Source: an uncultured Oscillospiraceae bacterium
Lineage (GTDB): Bacteria; Bacillota; Clostridia; Oscillospirales; Ruminococcaceae
Assembly: GCA_910587465.1 (NCBI GenBank)
Contig: CAJUMS010000006.1
Span: forward strand, 1,822-65,821
Reading direction: 5' to 3'
Length of the DNA: 64,000 nt
In this document: positions 10,516-19,630 of the stretch, piece after piece
How the letters are laid out: the number at the start of each line of letters is the position of its first letter
Position numbering within the stretch: the stretch's first letter is position 1
Program-made: the position numbers and the translations under genes
The notes under the pieces: model-generated
Seen by the model: only the letters and a program-made list of their open reading frames with translations
Databases searched by the model: none
Told to the model about the DNA's origin: nothing

Positions 10516-11142
10516 ATGAAAAAGCATATCGCACTGACATTCGACGACGGACCGAACACCGATACTACTCCTCGGGTACTTGAAAAGCTGAAAAAATACG
10601 GCATACCTGCCGCGTTTTTCCTTGTCGGCGATAATATCACCCCCGAGAGCGCCGAGGTATCCCGCGCGGCGTTTGGTCACGGCTGCGAGCTGTGCAGTCA
10701 CAGCCGCACTCACACGGCAATGACCGAGCTCACCGCCGAGGAGATACGCGCCGAAACAGAATTCACCGACAGCAAAATAAAGGAAATAACAGGTGAAGTA
10801 CCGCGCTTTTTCCGTCCGCCCTATATCGCCGTGAACAACGTTATGCTCGACAATATCGACAAGATATTCATAGCGGGCATAGGCGCGGAGGATTGGCTCG
10901 ACGAGGTGACCGCCGAAATGCGCGCCGAAAAAATTCTCGCGCAGGCGAAAAACGGAAGTATTATCCTGCTGCACGATATGCGCGGCAACTCCCGGACCGT
11001 CTCCGCGCTCGACCTTATTATTCCCGCGCTGCTGAACGACGGTTACGAATTTCTCACGGTATCGGAGCTTTTCACCGCCGAGGGAGTAGCGCCAAAGCGC
11101 GGCATTATCTACTCGAACGTATTGCAGACGGAGATATACTAA
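10516..11142 (+). CDS. Polysaccharide deacetylase (CE4/NodB)
   Basis: TFDDGP, HSRTH, FRPPY, ILLHD. Confidence 0.93.
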   Translation: MKKHIALTFDDGPNTDTTPRVLEKLKKYGIPAAFFLVGDNITPESAEVSRAAFGHGCELCSHSRTHTAMTELTAEEIRAETEFTDSKIKEITGEVPRFFRPPYIAVNNVMLDNIDKIFIAGIGAEDWLDEVTAEMRAEKILAQAKNGSIILLHDMRGNSRTVSALDLIIPALLNDGYEFLTVSELFTAEGVAPKRGIIYSNVLQTEIY

Positions 11143-11151
11143 GGAGGACGT

Positions 11152-12036
11152 ATGCTGCCGAAAAATAAACGTATCTGCCCGTGCTGCGGAAAAAAGCTCG
11201 AGCTTGTTCCGCCGACAAAAGAACTGCTTCCAAAGCGCACATTATCAACTGTCGTCGGACGGGAGTTCTACCTTATCTCAAAAAAGCGTATTCTCAGCTA
11301 TACGGTATCTCCAAAATCGAATTTTACATATCCGGCGGGATTTGACAACTATACGCCCGCGTCTGTCAAAGAGGACTATTGCTTTATCAATAAACGCTCT
11401 ACACGAAACGATTTCCCGGGGATCGCCACCGCTTATAACACCCGAAAAAAACTCGCAAAGGACAATTTGTGGCTTTTCTCATGGGAAATGGTATTTCATT
11501 GCGGCAATTGCGGACAAAAACTGGCACTCAATTATAACCCGTTTTCCATACTGAACGATTGGCTATGGCTGTCATTTATATGCCTGATTTTACTGATATT
11601 TTTGTGTTTGACGGAGTATGCCGCAGTCTGGGCGGCTAATTCGGCGGCAACGTTTGCGGTGTTTTGCGCGGTGTCGGGGTTATATCCGTTATTTGTTATT
11701 GTTGCGTTTTTACGATTAGCTTACGCCAAACTGTTTCTCAGCAACTTTGTTCCCACAAACGAGGTCGATAATCTCGTCTATCCCCCTACCGACATAAAGC
11801 TGGCGGTTATCCGCTCCCCGTACCTGCGTGAGGGCAATGTCCTCACCGCCAAGTTCGCCGACGAGGAAGTCCACATTTATCTTGTACACAAAAACGACAT
11901 CTGCGAATTTTCGATATGCTGCGACGATAGCGAACGCGAACAACTGAAACAGCGCCTTTCCGAGCGCGCGGAGATTGAGCTGACGTTCGAGGGCAAGCGC
12001 GTCGGCACGGCAAAGATAACTGAGGTGATCCTATGA
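11152..12036 (+). CDS. Hypothetical membrane protein with split CxxC pairs
   Basis: CPCC and CGNC, two hydrophobic segments, AAGGAGG SD. Confidence 0.65.
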   Translation: MLPKNKRICPCCGKKLELVPPTKELLPKRTLSTVVGREFYLISKKRILSYTVSPKSNFTYPAGFDNYTPASVKEDYCFINKRSTRNDFPGIATAYNTRKKLAKDNLWLFSWEMVFHCGNCGQKLALNYNPFSILNDWLWLSFICLILLIFLCLTEYAAVWAANSAATFAVFCAVSGLYPLFVIVAFLRLAYAKLFLSNFVPTNEVDNLVYPPTDIKLAVIRSPYLREGNVLTAKFADEEVHIYLVHKNDICEFSICCDDSEREQLKQRLSERAEIELTFEGKRVGTAKITEVIL

Positions 12037-12251
12037 AACTTATAAAAAAGCTGCCGAAATGGGCGATAGTAACGCTCTGCGTCTTCGGCTTTGCAGCGCT
12101 GTACGCTGTTTACTATATCGTGCTCGGAAACGTGCAGCAGATGGCACAGGCGCGAAAAAAGCAGAACGACCTCCGCGATGTATATAAAAACCACATAGCC
12201 AAGACCACAAAGGGCAGCCTGCACGGTGCGGAGCTTGCTATTTTAAATTAA
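12033..12251 (+). CDS. Small single-TM hypothetical protein
   Basis: ATGA overlap with the upstream gene; hydrophobic N-terminal segment. Confidence 0.55.
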   Translation: MKLIKKLPKWAIVTLCVFGFAALYAVYYIVLGNVQQMAQARKKQNDLRDVYKNHIAKTTKGSLHGAELAILN

Positions 12252-12261
12252 AGGAGCAATT

Positions 12262-12927
12262 ATGAATTATAACCCTATTATTTTTGACCTTGACGGCACA
12301 TTGCTGAACACCCTCGGCGACCTAGCCGCGGCGGGAAATCACACCCTTGAGCAAATGGGCTTTCCCACCTATGCCGAGGAAAAATACCGTTACTTTGTCG
12401 GCAACGGAATTCCCAAGCTTATCGAGCGGATATGCCCACCGGGCTCCTCCCCCGAGACATTGGAGCGCGTGCATACCCTTTTCGTCAAGTATTACGATCA
12501 ACACAAATCCGACCGCACCAAGCCCTACGATGGTATGCCCGAGCTCCTCGCGGAGCTAAAAGCGCACGGCATTACCGCGGTCTGCAACACCAACAAGGAC
12601 TACGTTTTCTCGGAAAACCTGTTGCGTTCGTTTTACGGCGATACTCTCGCTGAGATAGTCGGAGCGGGTCTCGGCTACGCGACCAAGCCCGACCCAAAGG
12701 CAGCGCTGTACCTCGCCGAAAAATACGCGGTCAAGGGCTGTAAGCCCCTTTATGTCGGAGACAGCGGCGTGGATATGCAGACCTCTCTAAACGCGGATAT
12801 TGACGGCTGCGGAGTGCTCTGGGGCTTCCGCGACCGCGCCGAGCTCGAACAATTTACCCCCGCCCACATTGCGGAGACCCCCTCGCAGCTCCGTGATATC
12901 ATACTTGGAGGACGCAAATGCATATAG
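12262..12927 (+). CDS. HAD phosphatase (phosphoglycolate phosphatase-like)
   Basis: FDLDGTLLNT, KPDP, YVGDS.VD, WGFR. Confidence 0.9.
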   Translation: MNYNPIIFDLDGTLLNTLGDLAAAGNHTLEQMGFPTYAEEKYRYFVGNGIPKLIERICPPGSSPETLERVHTLFVKYYDQHKSDRTKPYDGMPELLAELKAHGITAVCNTNKDYVFSENLLRSFYGDTLAEIVGAGLGYATKPDPKAALYLAEKYAVKGCKPLYVGDSGVDMQTSLNADIDGCGVLWGFRDRAELEQFTPAHIAETPSQLRDIILGGRKCI

Positions 12928-13301
12928 AACACATTGCGCTGTACGTAAACGACCTTGAGGCTGCAAAGGACTTTTTCACTAAATATTTCGGCGCGGTATC
13001 CAACGACGGCTATCACAATCCGACAACGAATTTCCGCTCATATTTCCTCAGCTTTTCCAACGGCGCAAGGCTCGAAATTATGACCCGTCCCGAGCTTGAC
13101 GATACCGAAAAAACTCCGTTCCGCACGGGCTATGCGCATATCGCGTTCTCCGTCGGCAGCCCCGAGCGCGTCAACGAACTTACCCGAGAACTGCAAGCCG
13201 CAGGCTTCAAAGTGACGAGCGGACCGCGCCACACGGGCGACGGCTATTACGAGAGCTGTATCGAAGGTTTTGAAAACAACCTGATAGAGATCACAATATA
13301 A
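12918..13301 (+). CDS. VOC/glyoxalase-family protein
   Basis: IEHIALYV.DLE, GYAHIAFSVGS, GDGYYES, N.IEIT. Confidence 0.9.
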   Translation: MHIEHIALYVNDLEAAKDFFTKYFGAVSNDGYHNPTTNFRSYFLSFSNGARLEIMTRPELDDTEKTPFRTGYAHIAFSVGSPERVNELTRELQAAGFKVTSGPRHTGDGYYESCIEGFENNLIEITI

Positions 13302-13302
13302 C

Positions 13303-13331
13303 AAAAACGGGAGCGCCAAGCCCCCGTTTTT
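13303..13331. terminator. Bidirectional intrinsic terminator
   Basis: AAAACGGGAGC..GCCCCCGTTTTT between convergent genes. Confidence 0.65.
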
Positions 13332-13343
13332 ATATCATTACCG

Positions 13344-13721
13344 CTACGCCTCGTTGATCTTACTTCCGCTCTTGAATATAAGCGCCGCAATAAGTCCGAA
13401 AAATATCGCCGCGGATATTCCGACCGCCGCCGAGGTAAATCCGCCCATAAATATCCCGATAAATCCATTCATATCGACCGCCTTGCGAACTCCCTTCGCG
13501 AGCAGATGACCGAATCCCGTCAGCGGCACAGTCGCGCCGCCGCCCGCAAAGTCGACAATAGGCTGATACCAGCCCAGCCCGCCGAGCACAACACCCGCGA
13601 CCACATAAGCCGTAAGAATTCGCGCGGGCGTAAGCTTTGTTAAATCAATAAGCACCTGTCCGACAGCGCACAGCAGTCCGCCTATCACAAACGCCCAGAC
13701 ATATTCCATAAACATATCCAT
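13344..13721 (-). CDS. spoVAE: Stage V sporulation protein AE (SpoVAEb type)
   Basis: AFVIGGLLC.VGQ.LID.TKLTPARIL, AG.GATVPLTGFG. Confidence 0.9.
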   Translation of the reverse strand: MDMFMEYVWAFVIGGLLCAVGQVLIDLTKLTPARILTAYVVAGVVLGGLGWYQPIVDFAGGGATVPLTGFGHLLAKGVRKAVDMNGFIGIFMGGFTSAAVGISAAIFFGLIAALIFKSGSKINEA

Positions 13722-13735
13722 AAATTTGCCCCCTA

Positions 13736-14740
13736 TCAAGTGTAACTTATCTCTACCGCGTGCGCGATACCCGGGATCGAGCCGCCCTGCTGCACAATAG
13801 TCGGCGACATCAGCGCGCCCGTCGCGACATACAGTACACGTTTCAATTCTCCGCTTTTAACGCGTTTAAGAAAATGCGCGCACATCATCGAAGCCGAGCA
13901 GCCGCAGCCCGAGCCGCCCGCGTGAACGTCCTGACGCTCCCTGTCGTAGATCAGCAGTCCGCAGTCCTGATGATGCTCCTTTAATGAAACGCCGTCGCGC
14001 TGAAACAACTCGTACAGCATATCGCTGCCGACCTGTCCGAGATCGCCCGTCACGATAACATCAAAGCTTTCGGGATGAGTACCCGTGTGTTTGAAGTGCC
14101 GCGAGATCGTATCGTAAGCCGCACCCGCCATTGCCGCGCCCATATTGTTCAGGTCAGTGATACCCATATCCTGAATTTTTCCGACAGTTCCCGAACGGAT
14201 ATACGGCGGTTTAAGCGCCGAGTTGAGTATTGCCGCTCCCGCCGCGGTAGCCGTCCATTGAGACGTAGGAGTACGCACACCGCCGTAGTTCAGCGGAAAA
14301 CGGAACTGCCGCTCCGCCGACGAGAAGTGCGAGCTTGTCACCGCCGAGCAGTTGTCAACATATCCCGCGTTGACCATACAAGCCGACAGCAGCAGGCACT
14401 CCGCGAACGTCGAGCAAGCGCCGTACACTCCCAGAAACGGGATATAAAAGTCCTTCAGCCCGTAAGACGAGCCTGTACACTGATTGAGCAGGTCTCCCGC
14501 GAATATCAGATCCATTTTTTCGGGACAGAGCTTAGCCTTGTCCATGGCGTGTTGCAGCGCCTTCTTCTGTAACTGAGCCTCCGCCTGCTCCCATGTGTCC
14601 ATATTATCCTTGTTGTCCTCCAGTACCTCGTCAAATTCATCACCATGCGGACCCTCGCCCTCTACCTTGCCGACTACGGAAGCCCACTCGGATATCGAGG
14701 CGTTGCCGAATTTAAACGTTTTTCCCTCGCAAATTGCCAT
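13736..14740 (-). CDS. spoVAD: Stage V sporulation protein AD
   Basis: GDLLNQC, GACST, SSHFSSAERQFRFP..YG, GGSGCGC. Confidence 0.95.
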   Translation of the reverse strand: MAICEGKTFKFGNASISEWASVVGKVEGEGPHGDEFDEVLEDNKDNMDTWEQAEAQLQKKALQHAMDKAKLCPEKMDLIFAGDLLNQCTGSSYGLKDFYIPFLGVYGACSTFAECLLLSACMVNAGYVDNCSAVTSSHFSSAERQFRFPLNYGGVRTPTSQWTATAAGAAILNSALKPPYIRSGTVGKIQDMGITDLNNMGAAMAGAAYDTISRHFKHTGTHPESFDVIVTGDLGQVGSDMLYELFQRDGVSLKEHHQDCGLLIYDRERQDVHAGGSGCGCSASMMCAHFLKRVKSGELKRVLYVATGALMSPTIVQQGGSIPGIAHAVEISYT

Positions 14741-14750
14741 AATATCCCCC

Positions 14751-15194
14751 TTAAAACAGCGTGGTTATATAGTAAATAATTCCGTAGACTATCGAAGCCG
14801 AAATACCGTATACTATTACGGGACCCGCGATAACAAACATCTTAGCGCCCAGTCCGAGCACATACCCCTCGCTTTTAAAGTCCAGCGCGGGCGATACGAC
14901 CGAGTTCGCGAAACCCGTAATAGGCACGAGAGTACCCGCGCCCGCGTGCTGAGCTATGCGGTCGTAGAGTTTCAATCCCGTAAACATTGCGGACAGGAAG
15001 ATAAGCGTCATAGAGGTCCACATTCCCGACTCGTCGGGATCGAGCCCGAACGACTGATACATATTCAGCAGTGCCTCGCCGAGCACGCATATTCCTCCGC
15101 CGATAACAAACGCCATCGGAATTGTCTTGTACATTGCCGACGGATGTGAATGCCGCTTGGCAAGCTTGCCGTATTCCTGATTAGATATATTCAT
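14751..15194 (-). CDS. spoVAC: Stage V sporulation protein AC
   Basis: AGAGTLVPITGFANS, EG.VLG.GAKMF.IAGPVIVYG. Confidence 0.95.
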   Translation of the reverse strand: MNISNQEYGKLAKRHSHPSAMYKTIPMAFVIGGGICVLGEALLNMYQSFGLDPDESGMWTSMTLIFLSAMFTGLKLYDRIAQHAGAGTLVPITGFANSVVSPALDFKSEGYVLGLGAKMFVIAGPVIVYGISASIVYGIIYYITTLF

Positions 15195-15278
15195 AAAAGA
15201 TCGCTCCTTTCAATTTCGGATATATGAATATTTTGTTGAAAAAGAGCGAAAAAATACGATTTTGAAATATAGTAAAAT

Positions 15279-15307
15279 TTGACTTTTCCTGTCGATCGTG
15301 ATATAAT
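15279..15307 (+). promoter_or_regulatory. SigA-type promoter of the small toxin gene
   Basis: TTGACT-17-TATAAT with an extended TG. Confidence 0.75.
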
Positions 15308-15355
15308 GAATGAGCCGGCGTCCTACCGAGTATTTTCGGGAAGTAGGTGATTGAC

Positions 15356-15442
15356 TTGGAAAATATATTCGAATTCATACTTTCCGTCATAGCAGGTATC
15401 TATTCTTACTTCATCTGTAAATAGCTCGACGGTGAAAAGTAG
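15356..15442 (+). pseudogene. Fst-like type I toxin peptide with an internal TAG (MENIFEFILSVIAGIYSYFICK*LDGEK)
   Basis: AGGTGA SD, TTG start, hydrophobic core, CK[W]LD-type charged tail; TAG at 15422-15424. Confidence 0.7.
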
Positions 15443-15464
15443 TCGGCAAAGAGCCTAGCGTACA

Positions 15465-15580
15465 CAAAAAGATACCACCGTAAGGCAATACGGGGGCATC
15501 AATTTTTTAGGTGACCGACTTTTCGGAAAACCTATTTAACTTCAATATCATAATATAGCACAATATTTTAATTTTGTCAA
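15465..15580 (-). ncRNA. Putative antisense antitoxin RNA with its promoter
   Basis: TTGACA(15580-75)-17-TATATT(15557-52) facing the toxin gene; 15509-15544 is an imperfect direct repeat of the toxin SD/start region; shared hairpin at 15471-15500. Confidence 0.6.
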
Positions 15581-15660
15581 CACCCGAACAAAAAATCCAA
15601 AGATTGACAAAAAATACCCGTTATGATATAATAAGGTAATGATTAACAAGAGGTGATAAT

Positions 15661-16239
15661 ATGGAACACAAAGGCACAATAACACTCGAAACGGAGCGGC
15701 TGATACTTCGCAGATTTACCGAAAGCGATGCCGAAGCCGCGTTCAAAAACTGGACGTCAAGCGACGCGGTAACAAAGTTCCTGCGCTGGGAAACCTACCG
15801 CGATATTTCGGCAATGCGCGATTACATAAATTTTCAGTTGGAAAACTACAAGAAAACTGATACTTACGATTGGGCGATAGTGCTCAAAGAGCTTGGCGAG
15901 CCTATCGGTTCAATGGGCGCTGTCGCGTTCAACGAAAGAGCTCGGAGCGTCGAGATCGGCTATTGTATCGGAGAAAAATGGTGGCGGCGCGGTTACACGA
16001 GCGAAGCGCTGTCGGCGGTGATAAGGTTCTTTTTTGAGGAGGTCGGCGTAAACCGTGTTTACTCGGAGCACGACCCGCGAAATCCCAACTCGGGCAGGGT
16101 AATGGAGAAGTGCGGAATGAAGTATGAGGGCACTCTCCGACAAGCCGATTTTAACAACGCGGGTATCTGCGACACCTGCGTTTACGGAATACTCGCGGAG
16201 GAATACAATGCGCACGCAAATAAAATACAGAAGGATTAA
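15661..16239 (+). CDS. RimJ/RimL-type GNAT acetyltransferase
   Basis: LETERLILRRF, EIGYCIG..WW.RGY.SEA, N..SGRVMEKCGM.YEG. Confidence 0.92.
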   Translation: MEHKGTITLETERLILRRFTESDAEAAFKNWTSSDAVTKFLRWETYRDISAMRDYINFQLENYKKTDTYDWAIVLKELGEPIGSMGAVAFNERARSVEIGYCIGEKWWRRGYTSEALSAVIRFFFEEVGVNRVYSEHDPRNPNSGRVMEKCGMKYEGTLRQADFNNAGICDTCVYGILAEEYNAHANKIQKD

Positions 16240-16243
16240 AACA

Positions 16244-16687
16244 ATGGAATTGATGATCAAACATTTCACAGAGCTGTCGACCGATGAGCTTTACGATATA
16301 ATTCAAGCGCGTGTGGACATCTTTGTCGTGGAGCAGAAATGCCCCTACCGCGAGCTTGATGACAAGGACAGAGACGCTTACCACATTTGGCTTCGCGACG
16401 AAAATGGAATTATCGCGTACCTGCGCACTCTCGACAAGGGTGTAGCGTTCGAGGAGGCTTCGGTCGGGAGAATAATCACCGTGCGGCGCGGACAAGGCTA
16501 CGGCGCGGTCATCATGCGCGAGGGCATAAAATTCGCTTTGGAGAAGTATAACACGAACAAGCTGAAAATCATGGCGCAGCATTACGCCAAGGGCTTTTAT
16601 GAGAAATTCGGATTCGTGCAGTGCTCCGATCCCTTCGACGACGACGGTATCGAGCATATAGATATGATATTAGAGGATAAAAAATAA
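16244..16687 (+). CDS. ElaA-like GNAT acetyltransferase
   Basis: R..IFVVEQ.CPY.ELD.KD, RGQGYG, FYEKFGF, DGIEHIDM. Confidence 0.9.
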   Translation: MELMIKHFTELSTDELYDIIQARVDIFVVEQKCPYRELDDKDRDAYHIWLRDENGIIAYLRTLDKGVAFEEASVGRIITVRRGQGYGAVIMREGIKFALEKYNTNKLKIMAQHYAKGFYEKFGFVQCSDPFDDDGIEHIDMILEDKK

Positions 16688-16697
16688 GGAGCGCAAA

Positions 16698-17030
16698 ATG
16701 AGCCTTGTAATGAATTTATACTATACGGGCAAAAACGGCGCGGCGCGTAAATTTGCCGAGCAAATGGAGCGCCGCGGAATTGCCGAGCGCATACGTCAAG
16801 AGCGCGGAAATCTCCGATACGAGTACTTCCTCCCGATGAGCGACCCCGAGACCGTGCTGCTTATCGACATCTGGGAAGATCAGCAGGCGCTCGACCTGCA
16901 CCACGCCTCGCCCATGATGAAAGAGATCGCCGAGCTGCGCGAAAAGTACGACCTCCACATGAAAGCGGAGCGTTACATCTCCGACGAAAACGGCTTGCCC
17001 GAAAGAGACAGCGGCTTTCTCCGCAAATAA
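16698..17030 (+). CDS. ABM (antibiotic biosynthesis monooxygenase)-family protein
   Basis: E.GNLRYEY, W.DQ.ALD.HHASP.M. Confidence 0.85.
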   Translation: MSLVMNLYYTGKNGAARKFAEQMERRGIAERIRQERGNLRYEYFLPMSDPETVLLIDIWEDQQALDLHHASPMMKEIAELREKYDLHMKAERYISDENGLPERDSGFLRK

Positions 17031-17093
17031 GAACAATTGATTTTTCCAAAAAAACGTGGTATAATAAGGTAACACATCAAGGGAGGACAGCGC

Positions 17094-17459
17094 ATGAACG
17101 TATGGGATATAATTTTGATCTGCCTGATGACTGCGGCGGCGCTATGGTTTGTCGTATCTTCGGTGATAACGCTTGTTAAGGCGAAACGAGCGGGTGTTAT
17201 CCGCATAAAGTTTCCGGCGAATATCACGCCGTTTGTGTACATGGCAATATGTGCAGCGCTGAATATCACGGCAGCGGTCGGAAGTGCGGTCGAGCTGCAC
17301 AAGATCAAAAAGGAAATGGACGATCTGCAAAGGCTGGGCTTTGTGGACTTTCATATGGAGTATTATAATTGGGGGCTCGAGTACCCGTTTTCGCCCGAGA
17401 CGGAAAAAGCTGTTCAACGAATACCGCGTAAAATACAGACTTTATTTATGACCGAATAA
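17094..17459 (+). CDS. Hypothetical membrane protein (possibly truncated)
   Basis: GGAGG SD, two TM-like segments. Confidence 0.55.
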   Translation: MNVWDIILICLMTAAALWFVVSSVITLVKAKRAGVIRIKFPANITPFVYMAICAALNITAAVGSAVELHKIKKEMDDLQRLGFVDFHMEYYNWGLEYPFSPETEKAVQRIPRKIQTLFMTE

Positions 17460-17491
17460 AAAATACAAATACATCAACGGGAGGACCAACC

Positions 17492-18265
17492 ATGATACTT
17501 ACAATAGACGTAGGCAACACCAACACTCAGTTCGGCGGCTTTGACGAAAGCGGGCAGCTTATATTCGAGTCGCGTATCTCGACCGACCGTTCGCGAATGG
17601 AGGATCAGTACGCGATATCACTCGCGGACATACTCCGCCTGTACGATATCCGTTTCGGCGATATCGACGGCGCGATATTGTCATCGGTAGTTCCGCCCGT
17701 CACGGGACAGCTCCGCGCCGCTGTCGAGAAAATATGCGGCTGTAAGGTAATGACAGTAGGCCCCGGAATAAAAACGGGACTTAACATCAAGATCGACGAG
17801 CCAGCGTCTCTCGGCGCGGACATGGCTGCGGTAGCGGTAGGCGCAAAGGAGCGTTATCCCCTGCCCGCTATCGTTATCGACCTCGGCACGGCGACAAAAA
17901 TTCTTGCCGTCGACAAAACGGGCGCGTTCATAGGCGGCATTATTGCCCCTGGCGTGAAGATATCCGCGGAGGCTCTCGCTGCAAAGACAGCCGCACTTCC
18001 GCTTGTAGGAGTAACGGGCGATCCGATAAAAAAGGTGATCGGCACGAACACTATCGATTGTATGCGTTCGGGACTTCTCAACGGTACGGCGTTCATGCTC
18101 GACGGAATGATCGAGAGCTTCGAGCGCGAGATCGGCGAAAAATGTACCGTTATCGCGACAGGCGGCTATTCGTCCGTAATAAAGCCCCTCTGCAAGACCG
18201 ATTTCGCGATTGACGAAAACCTTATTTTAGAGGGCTTGCTTGAGATATATAAAAAGAATAAGTAA
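17492..18265 (+). CDS. coaX: Type III pantothenate kinase
   Basis: IDVGNTN, SSVVP, LGAD, IDLGTAT, GG.IAPG, ATGG. Confidence 0.95.
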   Translation: MILTIDVGNTNTQFGGFDESGQLIFESRISTDRSRMEDQYAISLADILRLYDIRFGDIDGAILSSVVPPVTGQLRAAVEKICGCKVMTVGPGIKTGLNIKIDEPASLGADMAAVAVGAKERYPLPAIVIDLGTATKILAVDKTGAFIGGIIAPGVKISAEALAAKTAALPLVGVTGDPIKKVIGTNTIDCMRSGLLNGTAFMLDGMIESFEREIGEKCTVIATGGYSSVIKPLCKTDFAIDENLILEGLLEIYKKNK

Positions 18266-18319
18266 CCGTTAAACAGCGATGCATCGGCAATATTGCCGAG
18301 TGTCAGCAAAGGAGTAATT

Positions 18320-18946
18320 ATGGATATCAATTTTAATCTGGGAGAACCGCGCAAACCGAACCGCGGCATAAAAACGCAGACGATAGTCGGAATGGGAATG
18401 CTCACCGCTCTTGTGGCGGTGCTCCAGTTATTCGCGAGCGGCATAAGATTGGGACCGTTCAGCATTACGCTGACGCTTGTGCCGATCATTATCGGCGCGG
18501 CGCTGTACGGTTGGAAGGCGGGCGCGTGGCTCGGCTTCATATTCGGGGTTATCGTAATGTTTACGCCCGACGTAGCCGCGTTTATGGCGATAAGCGTTCC
18601 TGCGACGCTCGTTACGGTGCTGCTCAAGGGTACGCTTGCGGGCTTGTGCGCGGGGCTTCTCTACACGGCGGTCGAAAAGAAAAACCGCACCGCCGCCGTC
18701 ATAGTATCGGGTATAGCCGCGCCGATAGTCAATACGGGCGTTTTCCTGCTTGGCTGCTTTATGTTCTTTATGGAGATCGTCAACGGCATGGCGTCGGAAA
18801 GCGGCATGGCGGAAAATATTCTGCTGTTTGTTGTTACGGGAATGGTCGGATTGAATTTTCTTGTCGAGTTAGCGATAAATCTGGTAATAAGCTCAGCGGT
18901 CGTGTTTATAATCGGTATCGTCAAAAAAAGGACAAAAATCTATTGA
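18320..18946 (+). CDS. ECF transporter S component (PanT-like by context)
   Basis: About six TMs, ITL.LVPIIIGA..YG...GA.LG.IFG; follows coaX. Confidence 0.8.
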   Translation: MDINFNLGEPRKPNRGIKTQTIVGMGMLTALVAVLQLFASGIRLGPFSITLTLVPIIIGAALYGWKAGAWLGFIFGVIVMFTPDVAAFMAISVPATLVTVLLKGTLAGLCAGLLYTAVEKKNRTAAVIVSGIAAPIVNTGVFLLGCFMFFMEIVNGMASESGMAENILLFVVTGMVGLNFLVELAINLVISSAVVFIIGIVKKRTKIY

Positions 18947-18960
18947 CTGCATTTATAACG

Positions 18961-18987
18961 TATCCCCCCGACTAAGGGGGGATTTTT
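18961..18987. terminator. Intrinsic terminator
   Basis: ATCCCCCC-GACTAA-GGGGGGAT-TTT hairpin. Confidence 0.7.
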
Positions 18988-19328
18988 CACAGCTTTTGCG
19001 AAATTATCCAGTCCATAAGACTGAGCGCGAGCCGCGCCTGCTGCGAGGACATCTGTTTCAGGCGGTTAGTCATAGAGCGCAGATAATCGTTATCCTCGTC
19101 GACGACCGCTCCAAGCAAAAGCGCGTCGGGAGTGGTATCGAGCGCCGCGCATATCTTCATCAGTACGTCAATGCTTATAACGGTAGTGGCGCGTTCAACA
19201 TTGGAAAGATAGTTGTTGCACAGCCCCGCCATTTCATTGACCTGCCATTGCTTTAGCCCCAGATCTCTGCGCCGTTCCGCAATCCTTTTTCCGACTTCTT
19301 TATAATCAACATAATGCAAAATAATCAC
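18987..19328 (-). CDS. XRE-family HTH transcriptional regulator
   Basis: G.RI...R...GL.Q..V.E.AG....YLS.VER; TTG at 19319 is an alternative start. Confidence 0.88.
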   Translation of the reverse strand: MIILHYVDYKEVGKRIAERRRDLGLKQWQVNEMAGLCNNYLSNVERATTVISIDVLMKICAALDTTPDALLLGAVVDEDNDYLRSMTNRLKQMSSQQARLALSLMDWIISQKL

Positions 19329-19392
19329 CTCTTAATACTATTTTACAATAGAAGTATAAGATTAAAAAATAGACTATACAGTTAAAAAACAC

Positions 19393-19421
19393 TTGACAAT
19401 ATTAGTGTACCGTGATATAAT
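19393..19421 (+). promoter_or_regulatory. Consensus SigA promoter
   Basis: TTGACA-17-TATAAT with an extended TG. Confidence 0.8.
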
Positions 19422-19453
19422 GAAAATATAAAAATATTCGTGAGGTCTGATAT

Positions 19454-19591
19454 ATGGAAATAAAATGGTGTCCAAACTGTTTTTCTTGTCTGAAAGAGAG
19501 TGAAACGGAATGTCCGTTATGCAACACAAAATCACTCAACATCTCCCTCGAACCGCAGCCCCGCCCCGACGAAGATACAATCGAAGAGTAA
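19454..19591 (+). CDS. 45-aa zinc-ribbon microprotein (MEIKWCPNCFSCLKESETECPLCNTKSLNISLEPQPRPDEDTIEE)
   Basis: Below the track cut-off. Has its own promoter, GAGG SD, CPNC-x10-CPLC, and a terminator immediately after. Confidence 0.7.
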   Translation: MEIKWCPNCFSCLKESETECPLCNTKSLNISLEPQPRPDEDTIEE

Positions 19592-19630
19592 AAAAACAGT
19601 GCCGGAACGAACGCTCGGCACTGTTTTTTG
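19591..19630. terminator. Bidirectional terminator
   Basis: AAAAAACAGTGCCG...CGGCACTGTTTTTT. Confidence 0.8.

Noticed and set aside
15229..15258. SigG-like promoter for spoVA (GTAT-18-CAAAATA)
   Set aside because: Biologically expected, but the match is too degenerate in AT-rich DNA to call.
15422..15424. Programmed TAG readthrough (pyrrolysine) in the toxin
   Set aside because: No pyl genes or other in-frame TAG cases are seen in the window; a single G>A change or a sequencing error is simpler.
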